Shown here: one piece after another, positions 1 through 11,513 of the stretch
How the letters are laid out: every line of letters begins with the position of its first letter
Numbering within the stretch: the first letter of the stretch is position 1
Assembly: GCA_964653025.1 (NCBI GenBank)
Contig: CAZZBZ010000008.1
Span: 1 to 52,516 of the forward strand
Reading direction: 5' to 3'
From: an uncultured Verrucomicrobiota bacterium
GTDB lineage: Bacteria; Verrucomicrobiota; Verrucomicrobiia; JABWAM01
Length of the DNA stretch: 52,516 bases
Translations under genes and position numbers: made by a program
Notes under the pieces: generated by a model
The model's input: only the letters and a program-made list of their open reading frames with translations
Databases searched by the model: none
What the model was told of the DNA's origin: nothing

Positions 1-156
1 CATGGGACTGAATGCTGGCGCGAGCGCCGATGGGTGGCAACGGCAAAACCGGCAAGCGACGGATGATGTGCCTCTCGCCCTATTAAAGAAGTGGCCATCG
101 CGCGACCGTTGATAATCGGCGTGCGGAATGGGTGTGCGGCAAGGTAAGATAATTCC

Positions 157-882
157 ATGCTCGACGCCTCCAACACCACGATCGAACTGAAAAAAGGGCG
201 GCCCCGTGTGGCCATTCTGCCGATCGGCGCCACCGAGCAGCACAGTCGCCATCTGCCGCTCTGTACCGATTCGATTCTTGCCGAGGCGGTGGCGCGGGGT
301 GCCGCCGAGCGCCTCGGTGCGTGGTGCATGCCCGTCTTGCCTTACTCAATCTCCCACATGCACCGCGGGACGATCGGGACTGCCGGACTCCGGAACGACA
401 CGCTCGTGCGCGTGATCCGCGACCTCGCGGGCAGCGTCCGCCAAGAGGGGTTTCGCGGGTTCGTCCTGCTGAACTTTCACGGGGGGAACCAGGTTCTCCC
501 CGCCGTGGTCCAGGACCTGAACCTTGACTTTTCCAATCTCGACACCGTCGGGGTCTTCTCGCCCTGGCAAGCCGCGGTCGGCCTCTTCAGGTCGCGCGAC
601 CAACTGCAACATGCCAACGAGTTCGAGGTGTCGTGCCTCCTCCACCTCGCCCCGCACCTCGTGAGGAAGAAGGAAATTCGCGACCAGAAGGAGGAGTTTC
701 AGGCCGAGTGGTTGCGCTACGCCCCCTTTCCGCGACTCTCGCGCCTCACCCACACGGGTACCCCCTCCGTCGCCACCGCCGCGAAGGGAAAGAAGGCCCT
801 CGAGTTGATGGTGGAGTGCACGGCACGGTCGATCCGTGAGTCGCTCCGCCACGCGCGAAGGTTGCGTCACGGGGCGCGATGA
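157..882 (+). CDS. Creatininase/creatinine amidohydrolase family protein
   Basis: LPIGATEQHSRHLPLCTD, NFHGGN and HANEFE metal-binding motifs of the creatininase family. Confidence 0.85.
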   Translation: MLDASNTTIELKKGRPRVAILPIGATEQHSRHLPLCTDSILAEAVARGAAERLGAWCMPVLPYSISHMHRGTIGTAGLRNDTLVRVIRDLAGSVRQEGFRGFVLLNFHGGNQVLPAVVQDLNLDFSNLDTVGVFSPWQAAVGLFRSRDQLQHANEFEVSCLLHLAPHLVRKKEIRDQKEEFQAEWLRYAPFPRLSRLTHTGTPSVATAAKGKKALELMVECTARSIRESLRHARRLRHGAR

Positions 883-1730
883 ACGTCCCCCTGGACATTC
901 GCACGATGGGGACGGCCGACCTGGCCTTTGCCGACTCGCTCCGCGCTCTCGTTGGATGGAACCAGACCCCCGCCGACTGGGCGCGCCTTCTCGCCCATGA
1001 ACCCGAGGGCTGCTTTGTTGCCGAGTGGGAGGGGCGACCCGCGGGCACGGCCACCACGACCCGTCACGGTGGCGGCCTCGCATGGATTGGGATGGTCCTC
1101 GTCCACCCCGACCGTCGCCGCCATGGGATCGGGCGCGCGCTGCTCCAGCGCTGCATCGAGCACCTCGACGCCGTCGGTTGTTGTTGCATCAAGCTCGACG
1201 CCACTCCCGCCGGTCAGCCGCTCTACGAGTCCCTCGGTTTCCGCGACGAATGGCCCCTCGCGCGCTGGGAGGGTCTCGCCGTTGCCGTGGATGTCGCCTC
1301 GCCAAGGGTGCGCCCGTATCGATCGAGTGACCGCGGTGCCCTTCTCACGGCGGACCTTGAAGCCTTCGGCGTTTCGCGCGAGCGACTTATTGAGGGCCTC
1401 CTCATCGACGGCACCACGTTTGTCGTGGAGGAGAAGGGACACATCATGGGCTTTGGGATGCTGAGGCCCGGTTCCCGTGCCGCCTACCTCGGCCCGATCG
1501 TGGCCAGGTCCACGGAGGCGGAGGAGGAGATCGCGCGGGCGCTTCTGGCCCACATCGCGGGACAAACGGTTTTCTGGGACATCCCGGAGGCGGCCGCAGA
1601 GGCGGTCGCGCTCGCGGGAGGACTTGGTTTCCAGCGGCAACGGCCGCTCACCCGGATGTTTCGCGGAAAAAACGATCGACCGGGCATCCCCGCCCGTCAG
1701 TTTGCCATCGCCGACCCGGCGACCGGGTGA
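879..1730 (+). CDS. GNAT family N-acetyltransferase (two-domain, YitH-like)
   Basis: Acetyl-CoA motif VHPDRRRHGIG, LDATPAGQPLYESLGF; C-terminal LGPIVA domain; ATGA overlap with upstream gene. Confidence 0.85.
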   Translation: MNVPLDIRTMGTADLAFADSLRALVGWNQTPADWARLLAHEPEGCFVAEWEGRPAGTATTTRHGGGLAWIGMVLVHPDRRRHGIGRALLQRCIEHLDAVGCCCIKLDATPAGQPLYESLGFRDEWPLARWEGLAVAVDVASPRVRPYRSSDRGALLTADLEAFGVSRERLIEGLLIDGTTFVVEEKGHIMGFGMLRPGSRAAYLGPIVARSTEAEEEIARALLAHIAGQTVFWDIPEAAAEAVALAGGLGFQRQRPLTRMFRGKNDRPGIPARQFAIADPATG

Positions 1731-1841
1731 GGGATCAACGCTTCACGCGTGGCAATGATGTGCAAGACGAGCCGTTCGACCGAAAACCCTTCCTCCCGAA
1801 CAATGATCTTATTGGTTCGGTGCCGCACGGGGCATGCCTGA

Positions 1842-3962
1842 TCATGTTGTCCCGCGGGGGAGGGGGGCGACCCCGTCCCTTGATGGACTGTGGGTTGGGG
1901 TCGTCCCTTTGGGATCATTCCCCGGCACACGTTTTTTGGGGCGGGAGGGCTTCGCTTCCGGACGGTAGGTAACCGCTTTTTCCTGGGAGGCTTTTGCGGC
2001 GCCTCGTTTCTTCAACTCCTCGACCTGGTCGCGGAGGATTGCGGCGCGTTCGAACTCAAGCTTCCCGGCGGCGCGCTCCATCTCGTCCTCCAGCTCGTGG
2101 ATGAGCTCGCTGATCGTGAAGTCACCGCCGGCCTCGGAGATCACGCTGGCCTCGATCTCGTGGGCCTCCTCGTAAACAGCGAGGCTTTCCTCGAGTGCGC
2201 GGTTGACGCTGCGCGGGGTGATGTGGTTCGCGCGATTGAACTCGATCTGTTTCTCGCGGCGATGGCGCGTCACGCGCAGGAAGGCGCGAATCGCGTCGGT
2301 CTCCTGGTCGGCGTAGAGGATCACCTCGCCGTTCAGGTGGCGCGCGGCGCGCCCGGCGGTCTGGATGAGCGAGCGTTCGGAGCGGAGGAAGCCGGTCTTG
2401 TCGGCATCGAGGATGGCGACGAGGGAGACCTCGGGAAGATCGAGCCCCTCGCGGAGGAGGTTGATCCCGACAAGGACGTCAAAGTCGCCCTTGCGCAGCC
2501 CCCGGAGGATGTCGACACGCTCGATGGCCCCGATCTCGGAGTGGAGGTAGCGCACGCGCACGCCCAGCTCGCGGAGGTAGTCGGTGAGGTCCTCGGAGGT
2601 GCGCTTCGTCAGGGTCGTCACGAGGACGCGCTCCTTGCGAGCGGCGCGTTCGCGGACGCGGCCGAGGAGGTCGTCAATCTGGCCCTTGAGGGGGCGGACG
2701 GTCACCTGTGGGTCGGTGAGCCCGGTGGGGCGGATGATCTGCTCGATCACGGACGGGTTCTGGCGGAGCTCCCATTCGCCGGGGGTGGCGGAGACGCAGA
2801 CCACCTGTTTCTGGCGAGCGAGGAACTCCTCGAAGTTGAGCGGGCGGTTATCGAGCGCCGAGGGGAGGCGGAAGCCGTGCTCCACGAGCACGGTTTTGCG
2901 GGAGCGGTCGCCGGCGAACATGCCGCCGACCTGCGGGATGGTGGCGTGCGACTCGTCGAGGATGGTGAGGTAGTCGTCCTTGAAGAAATCGAGGAGCGTG
3001 TAGGGTGCGGCGCCCGGTGCCCGCCCGGTGAGGTGGCGGGAGTAGTTTTCGATCCCGTTGCAGAACCCCATTTCCTGGAGCATCTCGAGATCGTAGGTGG
3101 TGCGCATTTTGAGGCGCTGGGCCTCGAGGAGCTTTTTCTGGGACTCCAGCTCCTGGAGGCGGTGGGCGAGTTCCTCGCGGATGGTGACGATCGCGCGCTG
3201 GACGGTGTCGTAGGGGGTGACGTAGTGCTTGGCGGGGAAGAGGGAAATCTTCTCGATCGTGCCGTGCGCGTCGCCGGTGAGCGGCTCGAAGCGGGTGATG
3301 CGCTCGATATTGTCGCCAAAGAGCTCGATGCGGATGGCCTCCTCGGAGTTGGAGGGATGGAGCTCGATGACGTCGCCGCGCGCGCGGAACTGCCCGCGGC
3401 TGAACTCCACGTCGTTGCGGCTGTACTGCATGTCCACAAGGCGACCGAGAAGGGCGCGGCGGTCCATCTGCTGGCCGACCCAGAGGTGGAGGATCATCTT
3501 TGCGTAGTCTTCGGGGGAGCCAAGGCCGTAGATGCAGGAGACGCTGGCGACGACGATCACATCGCGGCGCTGGAGGAGGGAGCTGGTGGCGGAGAGGCGG
3601 AGGCGCTCGATCTCCTCGTTGATCGCGGAGTCCTTCTCGATGTAGGTGTCGGTCTGCGGGATATAGGCCTCGGGCTGGTAGTAGTCGAAGTAGCTGACGA
3701 AGTACTCGACGGCGCTCTTGGGAAAGAATCCCTTGAACTCGGCGTAGAGCTGCGCGGCGAGGGTCTTGTTGTGGGTGACGACAAGGACCGGGCGCTGGAG
3801 GCGCTCGATGACGTTCGCCATCGTGAAGGTCTTGCCCGAGCCGGTGACACCGAGGAGAGTCTGGAACGCCGCGCCGCCTTGAAGTGAGGAAACGAGTTTT
3901 TCAATCGCCTCCGGCTGGTCGCCGCAGGGCTTGTAGGGGGCCGTGAGCTCGAAACGCGACAT
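1842..3962 (-). CDS. uvrB: Excinuclease ABC subunit B
   Basis: [20 protein letters not shown] start, Walker [29 protein letters not shown]-terminal UVR domain [11 protein letters not shown]. Alternative start at 3971. Confidence 0.97.
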   Translation of the reverse strand: MSRFELTAPYKPCGDQPEAIEKLVSSLQGGAAFQTLLGVTGSGKTFTMANVIERLQRPVLVVTHNKTLAAQLYAEFKGFFPKSAVEYFVSYFDYYQPEAYIPQTDTYIEKDSAINEEIERLRLSATSSLLQRRDVIVVASVSCIYGLGSPEDYAKMILHLWVGQQMDRRALLGRLVDMQYSRNDVEFSRGQFRARGDVIELHPSNSEEAIRIELFGDNIERITRFEPLTGDAHGTIEKISLFPAKHYVTPYDTVQRAIVTIREELAHRLQELESQKKLLEAQRLKMRTTYDLEMLQEMGFCNGIENYSRHLTGRAPGAAPYTLLDFFKDDYLTILDESHATIPQVGGMFAGDRSRKTVLVEHGFRLPSALDNRPLNFEEFLARQKQVVCVSATPGEWELRQNPSVIEQIIRPTGLTDPQVTVRPLKGQIDDLLGRVRERAARKERVLVTTLTKRTSEDLTDYLRELGVRVRYLHSEIGAIERVDILRGLRKGDFDVLVGINLLREGLDLPEVSLVAILDADKTGFLRSERSLIQTAGRAARHLNGEVILYADQETDAIRAFLRVTRHRREKQIEFNRANHITPRSVNRALEESLAVYEEAHEIEASVISEAGGDFTISELIHELEDEMERAAGKLEFERAAILRDQVEELKKRGAAKASQEKAVTYRPEAKPSRPKKRVPGNDPKGTTPTHSPSRDGVAPLPRGTT

Positions 3963-3970
3963 GGAACCCA

Positions 3971-4453
3971 TCAGTAGAGCGGGCGGGCGAGCTTCTTCCA
4001 CTCGTCGAAGAGCGCCGCGCATTCCGCCTTGAGGAGCCCCCCGGCGAGGGGGGGAAGGCCGTCCCCACTGTGGAAGCGGGCGTCGTCGAAACCGGCGGCG
4101 GCCGCGGCGTGGCGGGAGGCCCCGAAGATGACACGCGGGATGCGCGACCAGGCGATGGCCCCGAGGCACATCGGGCAGGGTTCGACCGTGCAGATCATCA
4201 CGCAGTTCGAGAGGTCGTGGGTTCCCAGGGCGCGGCAGGCTTCGCGGACGGCGTTCACCTCCGCGTGGGCAGTCGGGTCGTGGTCGCGGATGACGGTGTT
4301 GTGAGCGGTGGCGATGAGCTTGCCTTCCCGGACAACACAGGCCCCGAAGGGCCCACCGTGACCGAGGCGGACTCCCTCGGCGGCGGAGGCAAGGGCGGCG
4401 CGCATAAGGGATGCCTCGGTGGCAGTGAAAGGCGGTCTCATGGGAAGGACCAA
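3971..4453 (-). CDS. Nucleoside/guanine deaminase (cytidine deaminase-like, Zn)
   Basis: GGPFGA, HAE and PCPMC Zn motifs, AGFDD typical of GuaD-like proteins; start may be 4441 or later. Confidence 0.88.
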   Translation of the reverse strand: MVLPMRPPFTATEASLMRAALASAAEGVRLGHGGPFGACVVREGKLIATAHNTVIRDHDPTAHAEVNAVREACRALGTHDLSNCVMICTVEPCPMCLGAIAWSRIPRVIFGASRHAAAAAGFDDARFHSGDGLPPLAGGLLKAECAALFDEWKKLARPLY

Positions 4454-4502
4454 GAATGCGCTGCTCCTTTGCGGGGGGGCGAGCCGAAATGTGGCGCTTG
4501 CG

Positions 4503-4532
4503 TTGACAATCTTGCGGGGGGAGTCGTAGCGT
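4503..4532 (+). promoter_or_regulatory. Possible sigma70 promoter for the hypothetical-glnE unit
   Basis: TTGACA (4503-4508), 18-nt spacer, TAGCGT. Confidence 0.35.
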
Positions 4533-4554
4533 GTGCCTGTCGCCTTTTTCGCCC

Positions 4555-5121
4555 ATGAATCCTCTCCGCCATAACGCCCTGCTCGCGACCGCGATCCTCC
4601 TTGGATTGTGGCTCACCCCCTCCCTGCGCGCCACCAACGAGGGGGAGGCCCAGATGCACGAGCGGCTTGCGATGCGCTTGCGTGCGGTTGCTGCCGAAGC
4701 GATGCAGAAGGCCGAGGATGCGCCCGGGGAGGCTTCGACCCTGCTCACGAAGGTGTCGGAGAATTTCAAAGCCCTCGCCGACTCGAAAGCGAGGATCGCG
4801 AAGAAGATCCGCAGCGGGAACCAGGAGGGACTTGACGATCTCAAGAAGGCTGACATGGATCTTGCGCAGAAGGCATTCCAGATCCGCGAGCAGCTCCAGG
4901 GGATGGGAGTTGTCCTCGCGGAGGGTTCGGGAGGGGGGCGCATGGTGCGGCGCATGGATTCCCGGGAACGCAGCGGTTCCCCCGATGGCGAGGCTTCCCC
5001 CGGTGGGTTTCGCCCCCGCGAGCGGGTGGACCGCAAGCCTGGCGTGGTCGTCCTGGGTTCGGCGGACGAACTGAGAAACTGGCTGAATGAAGAAGAAGCG
5101 CGCGATGGCGGCGCGAAGTAA
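4555..5121 (+). CDS. Hypothetical exported protein, helical/coiled-coil
   Basis: Signal-peptide-like N-terminus ([26 protein letters not shown]), charged helical body, overlaps the glnE start. Confidence 0.6.
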   Translation: MNPLRHNALLATAILLGLWLTPSLRATNEGEAQMHERLAMRLRAVAAEAMQKAEDAPGEASTLLTKVSENFKALADSKARIAKKIRSGNQEGLDDLKKADMDLAQKAFQIREQLQGMGVVLAEGSGGGRMVRRMDSRERSGSPDGEASPGGFRPRERVDRKPGVVVLGSADELRNWLNEEEARDGGAK

Positions 5122-7858
5122 GCCGATCCGATCCGGCCGAGCGCCGAAGGTGTCTTCCCCGGGAACGGGGGGGATTCCCCGGTCGCTTGGCGAGTTGAAG
5201 CGCCTCCTCGCACGGCACGCGCCCGTCTGGCATCGCCGCCTGGCCGCGAACCCCGCCGACGGGGAATGGCTCTTTGGCGGTGTTCCCCTGGAGCAACCGC
5301 GTGCGCTGGCGGCGCTGGAGGCGGCCTGGCGGGCCGAACGGGGCGGGGAGCAGGGTTTCGAGACGACCTTCGCGGCGCTGAGGGAGGTCAAGCGTCGCGA
5401 GATGTTGCGCATCACCGCGCGCGACCTCGCTGGCTGCGCGCCGCTCGATGAGACGGTGGCGGAGCTCTCGGCACTCGCGGATTTCTGCCTGCGCCGCGGT
5501 CTGGCCTGCTGCGCCACGGAGATTTCCGCCCGTTATGGGGAGCCCTCGGCGGGTTTTGGGATCTTTGGGATGGGAAAGCTTGGCGGGCAAGAACTCAACT
5601 ACAGCTCGGACATCGACCTCATCTTCGCGTATGGGGAGGAGGGGAATGTGGGACCGCTCACCCACCACGATTTTTTCACGCGCGTGACGAACCGCCTGTT
5701 GCAGGGCTTCCGCGGCAGCGCCGGCACGGACGCCCTTTTCCGCGTGGACCTGCGCCTGCGTCCCGAGAACAAGTCGGGTCCGATCGTCCGCTCGCTCGAG
5801 AGCTACGAGAACTACTACGCTGCCTATGGGGAGACGTGGGAGCGGATGGCGCTCCAGAAGTGCCGTATGTCGGCGGGGGATGGGGAGTTGGGGTACGAGT
5901 TTACCCAGCGGTTGCAGCCTTTTTGCTTTCCCCGCTATCTGCCCCCGCAGGCGCTGGACGAGATTTTCGGGATCAAGTCACGGATCGAGGTGGAGATTCT
6001 CAAGGAGGGGGGGCTCGAGCGCCATGTGAAGCTGGGGCGCGGCGGCATCCGCGAGATCGAGTTTTCCGTGCAGGCGCTCCTGCTCATTCACGGGGCACGC
6101 CACGCCTTTTCGCAGGAGTCGGGAACGCTCAAGTCCATCCAGGCGCTCCATCGACTCGAACTGGTGAGCGCGGCGGATGCCCTGGCGCTCACGCGCGCCT
6201 ACATCTTCTTTCGCAGGGTCGAGCATCGTCTCCAGATGCGCGAGGACCGCCAGACCCACACGATCCCGGAATCGAAGGTGGAGCAGGCAAAGCTCGCCGA
6301 GGGGCTCGGCTACGCTTCCCTGGCGGATTTCGAAAAGGAATGGGACGAACACCGCGCCTTCGTCAGGGGTTTTTTCCAGAGCATCGTCCGCCCGAACGTT
6401 CCGGGGGTCGAGGGACCCGCGGCGGGCGCCGATGCGTGGGACGTGGACGCCGACGTCCGGGCGAGGCTCGTGCGCGAGGCGGGCTTCGAAGATCTCGCGC
6501 GAGCGGAGAAGGCGCTCACCTTCCTCGCCTCTGGTCCGGAGTACGCGCACGTCTCGCAGCGTACGCGCGGATTCTTCGGGCGCATCCGCGCCCAGATCCT
6601 GCGACTCTCCCCATTGCTCGCGCGCCCCGATCACGCCCTGACCCAGTTCGAGCGATTCATCGAGGGGTACGGCTCGCGCGCCACGCTCTACGAGCTCCTC
6701 GCCTCGAACCCGAAGGTGGTCGAGATGCTCTTCCATCTCTTCGACCACAGCCAGTTTCTCACGGACGTGGTCGTCCGCCAGCCGGCAATTCTCGAATCCA
6801 TCGCCTACGAGGGGCTCATGTCCATCCGCCGCGACCGCGCGGGAATGGAGGCGGCCCTTGTGCGCGAGGCCCCGGGTGGGGGGGAGGCGGGGCTTCGGGA
6901 GTTCCAGCGTTCCGAGCTGGTGCGCATCGAGCTGCGCGACATCCTCGGGGTGGCGGAATCGCTCGAGGAGACCTTCGAGCAGCTCACCCTCCTCGCGGAC
7001 ACTTGCGTGGCGCGGGCGCTGGAGGTCGTGAGCGCCGGCGCGGGGAAGATTCCACCGATGAGCGTGGTGGCCCTCGGGAAGTTTGGGGGGGGCGACCTCA
7101 GCTATGGTGCCGACCTCGACGTGCTCTTTGTGGGAGGCACGCCCGCCCTCGCCTCGAAACTGATCGGCCTCCTGGGACGGGACACTGGCGACGGAGCGCT
7201 CTTCAAGGTGGATGCCCGGCTGCGCCCCGATGGCGAGGACGGTCCGCTCGCCCTGCCGTTGGAGGCCTTTGCGCGGTACTTTCGCAGCCGCGCCCAGTTC
7301 TGGGAGCGCCAGAGCCTGACGCGTGCCCGCCCCATCGCCGGCGATGCGAAGCTGGGGAAGGCCTTCCTCAAACTCGTGGACGAGGTGATCTACTCCCGCC
7401 CGGTTTCAAAGGAGGAACTTGCCGAGCTCGCGGCGATGCGCCGACGGATCGAGAAGGAGCGGGGCGACGCGGACGACCCCGCGCGCGACTTCAAGACCGG
7501 GGCGGGCGGGATGGTCGAGGTGGAGTTCCTCGCGCAGGCGCTCCAGCTCCGCCATGGCTTTCGGAACTCCGCCCTGCGGCGGGCCTCCACGCTGGCGGTT
7601 CTGCGCGCGATGCCCCGCATCGCGGGTTGGAGTGAGGCCGATGCCGAGCGGCTTGTCGGGGACTACCTCTGGCTGCGCGGCCTCGAATCGGCGTCCCGCC
7701 GCTTCCACAACGCCCCGGTCTGGCAACTCCCGAAGGAGCGCGAGTTGTGGGTACCCGTGGCGCGCCACCTTGGTCTCGGCGGGGTGGCGGCCCTTGAAAA
7801 GGAACTTGCGGAACGCCGAGCGCGGATCCGCGCCCTCGCATCCAAGCTGGCTCCGTAG
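5105..7858 (+). CDS. glnE: Bifunctional glutamine synthetase adenylyltransferase/deadenylylase
   Basis: Two nucleotidyltransferase domains: [17 protein letters not shown]...FRVDLRLRP and [16 protein letters not shown]...VDARLRPDG; [12 protein letters not shown]. Start could be 5087. Confidence 0.95.
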   Translation: MAARSKPIRSGRAPKVSSPGTGGIPRSLGELKRLLARHAPVWHRRLAANPADGEWLFGGVPLEQPRALAALEAAWRAERGGEQGFETTFAALREVKRREMLRITARDLAGCAPLDETVAELSALADFCLRRGLACCATEISARYGEPSAGFGIFGMGKLGGQELNYSSDIDLIFAYGEEGNVGPLTHHDFFTRVTNRLLQGFRGSAGTDALFRVDLRLRPENKSGPIVRSLESYENYYAAYGETWERMALQKCRMSAGDGELGYEFTQRLQPFCFPRYLPPQALDEIFGIKSRIEVEILKEGGLERHVKLGRGGIREIEFSVQALLLIHGARHAFSQESGTLKSIQALHRLELVSAADALALTRAYIFFRRVEHRLQMREDRQTHTIPESKVEQAKLAEGLGYASLADFEKEWDEHRAFVRGFFQSIVRPNVPGVEGPAAGADAWDVDADVRARLVREAGFEDLARAEKALTFLASGPEYAHVSQRTRGFFGRIRAQILRLSPLLARPDHALTQFERFIEGYGSRATLYELLASNPKVVEMLFHLFDHSQFLTDVVVRQPAILESIAYEGLMSIRRDRAGMEAALVREAPGGGEAGLREFQRSELVRIELRDILGVAESLEETFEQLTLLADTCVARALEVVSAGAGKIPPMSVVALGKFGGGDLSYGADLDVLFVGGTPALASKLIGLLGRDTGDGALFKVDARLRPDGEDGPLALPLEAFARYFRSRAQFWERQSLTRARPIAGDAKLGKAFLKLVDEVIYSRPVSKEELAELAAMRRRIEKERGDADDPARDFKTGAGGMVEVEFLAQALQLRHGFRNSALRRASTLAVLRAMPRIAGWSEADAERLVGDYLWLRGLESASRRFHNAPVWQLPKERELWVPVARHLGLGGVAALEKELAERRARIRALASKLAP

Positions 7859-7944
7859 ATTTGAGATCGGGACGACGAGGCGATTGAGCTTCTCAAGCAG
7901 GGCGATTTTACGGCGAGAAGCCTTCCCTTTTTCCCCTCTCCCTC

Positions 7945-9207
7945 TCAGGGGAACAGCCCGCGCATCCGCTTGGCTTCGGCGACCTTCTTGATGCCCAGCG
8001 CGAGCGCGGCGCGGCGCATCGGCACCTTCTCCTTCTTGACAAAGTTCATCACCGTGGTGAAGGCCTGCTCCATGATGCGATAGAGGCGGTCGTTCACCTC
8101 CGACTCCGTCCAGAAAAAGCTCTGGAGGCCCTGCACCCACTCGAAATAGGAGACCACCACCCCGCCCGAGTTGCAGAGAATGTCCGGCAGCACGAAGATG
8201 TCCGATCCCTCGAGGGCACGGTCGGCCTCGGTGGTCGTCGGCCCGTTCGCCGCCTCGGCAAGGATCTTGCAGCGGAGTTTTCCGACATTCTCCGCCGTGA
8301 TCTGGCGCTCGAGCGCCGCCGGGATGAGAACATCGCAGTCCAGAGTCAGAAGATCCGCGTTGCTGATCGCATCCCCGCCCCGGAAGCCACGGATCACGCG
8401 GTGCTCCTTCATGTGGGCGGCGAGGTCGTCCAAGTTGATCCCCTCCTTGCGGAAAGTTCCCCCCGTGTGGTCGCTCGCCGCGATCACCCGCGTCCCGTTG
8501 CGCGCGAGGGAAAAGGCCGCGTACGAACCGACGTTCCCAAACCCCTGCACCGCGACCGTCGCCCCCTCCGACTTGATCTTCAGCATGTCCATCGCGCGGT
8601 TGACGAGGTAGGCCACCCCGCGCCCTGTCGCCTCGCGGCGACCGAGGCTGCCGCCGAGGCTTACCGGCTTGCCGGTGACCACCCCCGGCACGCTGTGCCC
8701 CACCTGGATGCTGTAGGTGTCCATCATCCACGCCATCGTCTGCTCGTTCGTGCCGAGGTCGGGCGCGGGGATGTCGATCTGCGGCCCGATCACGGGAATC
8801 AACTCCTGGGTGAAACGCCGCGTCAGGCGCTCGTTCTCGCCCAACGACATGGTGAGAGGATCGCAGGCCACCCCGCCCTTCGCCCCGCCGTAGGGCAGGC
8901 CCACGAGCGCGCACTTCCAACTCATCCACATCGCCAGCGCGGCCACCTCGCCGAGGGTCACGTCCGGGTGATAGCGGATCCCACCCTTCGTCGGACCGAT
9001 GGTAAGGTGATGCTGCACTCGGTAACCGGGAAAGGTTCGCACCTCCCCATTATCCATGCGTACCGGAATATGGACGATGAGCGTGCGCTTGGGCAGACGC
9101 GTGCGTTCCCTCTCCCCCTGGGGAATTCCGAGCCAGTCGGCGGTGGCGTCGTACTGGTCGAGGGCCATCTGGAAGACGGGAGAATCAAAGGCGGTGGGTG
9201 TGTTCAT
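7945..9207 (-). CDS. gdhA: Glu/Leu/Phe/Val dehydrogenase (glutamate dehydrogenase)
   Basis: GPTKGGIRYHP, LPYGGAKGG, DIPAPD, ATGRGV, QGFGNVG, NSGGVVVSYFEW. Confidence 0.93.
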   Translation of the reverse strand: MNTPTAFDSPVFQMALDQYDATADWLGIPQGERERTRLPKRTLIVHIPVRMDNGEVRTFPGYRVQHHLTIGPTKGGIRYHPDVTLGEVAALAMWMSWKCALVGLPYGGAKGGVACDPLTMSLGENERLTRRFTQELIPVIGPQIDIPAPDLGTNEQTMAWMMDTYSIQVGHSVPGVVTGKPVSLGGSLGRREATGRGVAYLVNRAMDMLKIKSEGATVAVQGFGNVGSYAAFSLARNGTRVIAASDHTGGTFRKEGINLDDLAAHMKEHRVIRGFRGGDAISNADLLTLDCDVLIPAALERQITAENVGKLRCKILAEAANGPTTTEADRALEGSDIFVLPDILCNSGGVVVSYFEWVQGLQSFFWTESEVNDRLYRIMEQAFTTVMNFVKKEKVPMRRAALALGIKKVAEAKRMRGLFP

Positions 9208-9283
9208 CTTTGTGCGATTGAGAAATCAACGATCACGCTACTAGGTAACAGCACGGCTTGCAAGGGGAAAACCTCAGGTGCAA

Positions 9284-9426
9284 GAAGCCACGGATAGGGG
9301 AGTTGTGCCGATTCCGTTACCCCGCATTTCTCACCAACAGGGAAAAAGCGCGACAGAGTTTTCCTGAGTTGTAGGGCAAGCGCTCCCGCTTGCCATCCGT
9401 CCCGCGACTGCGGAATCCGTGGCTTC
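9284..9426. repeat. MITE-like element with 12-bp terminal inverted repeats, containing a GTAG-REP palindrome
   Basis: GAAGCCACGGAT (9284-9295) and ATCCGTGGCTTC (9415-9426) form a perfect IR; internal GTGCCGATTCCGT and GTAG-GGCAAGCG-CTCC-CGCTTGCC (9371-9394). Confidence 0.55.
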
Positions 9427-9467
9427 CCCGGGTTGCTTCGGCGCCGGGGCTGTGTTTCATTGCTCCC

Positions 9468-10424
9468 GTGCCGAACGACGCCCTCCTCCTCGCCGACCTC
9501 TCGTCCCGTGGACGCTTGCGCGTCTCGGGTGAGGACCGCCTCCGTTTCCTTAACGGCCAGTTCAGCAACGATCTCCACGCCCTGAAGCCATTCGATGGCT
9601 GTTACGGGGTCTTCCCCGACGCAAAGGGGCGCGTCCGCGCGGACGCGGTCGTCCTCAACCCCGGCCCCTGCCTGCTCGTGGACAGCGAGCCCGGAACCGC
9701 CGAGACCCTCGCCGCGGAACTGGAGCGCTTCGTCATCGCCGACGATGTCGCGATCGAGCCAGCCGTTGACCCGTGGCGGGTCCTCGCGCTGGTCGGTGGC
9801 GATGCGCCCCGCGCGTTCGTGGAGGCCGGTTTTGCCTCCGAGCCGCCTGCGCGCCTTTTCACAATGACCCCTTTGATGGGTGGAGACTGGGAGGCAGGTT
9901 TTGCGTTCCGGAGCCGTCGTGCCGCTGTCCCCTCCTTCGATCTCTGGCTGCCCTCCGCCATGGCGGTGGCGAACGAACGTCGCATCGAGGAGGCGGTTCG
10001 GCGCCTCGGCGGGCGTCGCGCGGAGGGGGACGACCTGGAAGTTCTCCGCATCGAGGCCGGCATTCCCCGCTTTGGGGCGGAGATCGACTGCGCGACCCTT
10101 CCGCAGGAAGCCGGGCTCGAGGAGGTGGCGATCAGCTTTCACAAGGGCTGCTACATTGGCCAGGAGGTCATCTCACGGATCAAGAGCGTCGGCCACGTGA
10201 ACCGTTCGCTCGTTCGGCTCCGCCTGCCCGCGAAGGCAAAGCCCGGCGACGCCCTCTGCCGTGGGGAGCGGGAAGCGGGGCGACTCGGGAGCGCGGTCCT
10301 CTCCCCGCGCCACGGACCGATCGGCCTCGCCATCGTTCGACGGGAGGCTGCGGCCCCCGGCACCCACCTCTCGCTCCCGTCGGGCGAGGCCGAGGTGGTC
10401 GGCAAGTTTGGTTCCTCCCCATGA
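9468..10424 (+). CDS. ygfZ: Folate-binding protein YgfZ/GcvT-like
   Basis: Signature KGCYIGQE, GEDRLRFLNGQFSND; GTG start inferred. Confidence 0.9.
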   Translation: MPNDALLLADLSSRGRLRVSGEDRLRFLNGQFSNDLHALKPFDGCYGVFPDAKGRVRADAVVLNPGPCLLVDSEPGTAETLAAELERFVIADDVAIEPAVDPWRVLALVGGDAPRAFVEAGFASEPPARLFTMTPLMGGDWEAGFAFRSRRAAVPSFDLWLPSAMAVANERRIEEAVRRLGGRRAEGDDLEVLRIEAGIPRFGAEIDCATLPQEAGLEEVAISFHKGCYIGQEVISRIKSVGHVNRSLVRLRLPAKAKPGDALCRGEREAGRLGSAVLSPRHGPIGLAIVRREAAAPGTHLSLPSGEAEVVGKFGSSP

Positions 10425-11209
10425 GCCACGACGAACTTCTCTCCCTCCTCGCGGGGCTTGGCCTGCCGGAATCGAACCGCGCCCACATGGCCTTGCACGC
10501 GGAGAAGCGCGCCCGACAACTTGCCGCGGAACGGGGCATCCCCGAGGGGGAAGCCCTCGCCCAGGTCGTGCGCCTGCTGCGTGAAGGCTGGGCGGGTCGC
10601 GCAGGGGACCCGTCGGGCCCGATCCAGCCGTGGCCCATCCTCGGTTCGCGCCCGATGCACGACTACACGATCTTCCAGACACGCACCGAGCGCGTGCGCT
10701 CGCCGAGGACGGGAGAGGAGCACGACATCTACCTCCTGACGGGCCCCGACTGGGTGAACATCCTCGCGATCACCCCCGCGCGCGAGGTGGTGCTGGTGCA
10801 GCAGTACCGTTACGGGAGCCGCCAGGTGATGTGGGAAATTCCCGGCGGCCTCATGGAACCGGGCGAGGCGCCCGCCGCGGCGGGCGCGCGGGAACTCCTC
10901 GAGGAAACCGGCTACGCAGGCGACCCTCCCGTGGCCCTCGCGAAGATCTCCCCGAACCCGGCCTTCCAGACGAACACCTGCCACACGGTGCTCGTCCTGA
11001 ACGCCCACCTGGTGCAGACTCCCTCCCTCGATGGGATGGAGGACATCGCGGTGAAACTGGTGCCTGAGGAGGAGTTCTCCGCGATGGTGGCCGACGGGCG
11101 GATCTCCAACGCCCTCGTGGCCGTGGCCGAACTCTGGCGCCGCCTCTGGCGCGAGGGCCGCCTCGGCCCATCGGAAAACCCAACCAACCCCAGATCCCCG
11201 AGAAAATGA
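10421..11209 (+). CDS. NUDIX hydrolase (ADP-ribose pyrophosphatase-like) with extra N-terminal helical domain
   Basis: Nudix box GGLMEPGEAPAAAGARELLEETGY, VQQYRYG, PNPA; ATGA overlap with ygfZ. Confidence 0.85.
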   Translation: MSHDELLSLLAGLGLPESNRAHMALHAEKRARQLAAERGIPEGEALAQVVRLLREGWAGRAGDPSGPIQPWPILGSRPMHDYTIFQTRTERVRSPRTGEEHDIYLLTGPDWVNILAITPAREVVLVQQYRYGSRQVMWEIPGGLMEPGEAPAAAGARELLEETGYAGDPPVALAKISPNPAFQTNTCHTVLVLNAHLVQTPSLDGMEDIAVKLVPEEEFSAMVADGRISNALVAVAELWRRLWREGRLGPSENPTNPRSPRK

Positions 11210-11487
11210 AATCCGCCTACGAACTCAGCATGGAACGGCTCCAGAAGCAGAGCCCCTCCGCCTCCAAGCCCCTCAGCGCCTCGCAGAAAAACCGCCTCGC
11301 CGATCTCGACTCCCTCTATCGATCGAAGATCGCGGAAAGGGAAATCGCCCTGAAGCCGCAGATCGAAGAGGCGCGCTTCGGAGAGGATCCCGCGAAGCTC
11401 GAAGCCCTGGAGAAGGAACTCCGGGAGGTCATCGGCTCCCTCCGCGAGAAACTCGAGAGCGAAAAAGAGAAGGTCCGCGCAGGCTGA
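11206..11487 (+). CDS. Conserved hypothetical coiled-coil protein
   Basis: MKSAYELSMERL N-terminus, charged helix, ATGA overlap with NUDIX gene. Confidence 0.75.
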   Translation: MKSAYELSMERLQKQSPSASKPLSASQKNRLADLDSLYRSKIAEREIALKPQIEEARFGEDPAKLEALEKELREVIGSLREKLESEKEKVRAG

Positions 11488-11513
11488 TTCTCACGGACGC
11501 ACGATATCGGACC

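Noticed and set aside
1697-1972. Small ORFs between the GNAT gene and the uvrB end
   Set aside because: They overlap neighbouring genes and have no recognisable motif
1842-5213. 1123-aa ORF suggesting a giant UvrB fusion
   Set aside because: UvrB homology starts at 3962; the upstream part overlaps the deaminase in another frame and the 4555 gene on the other strand
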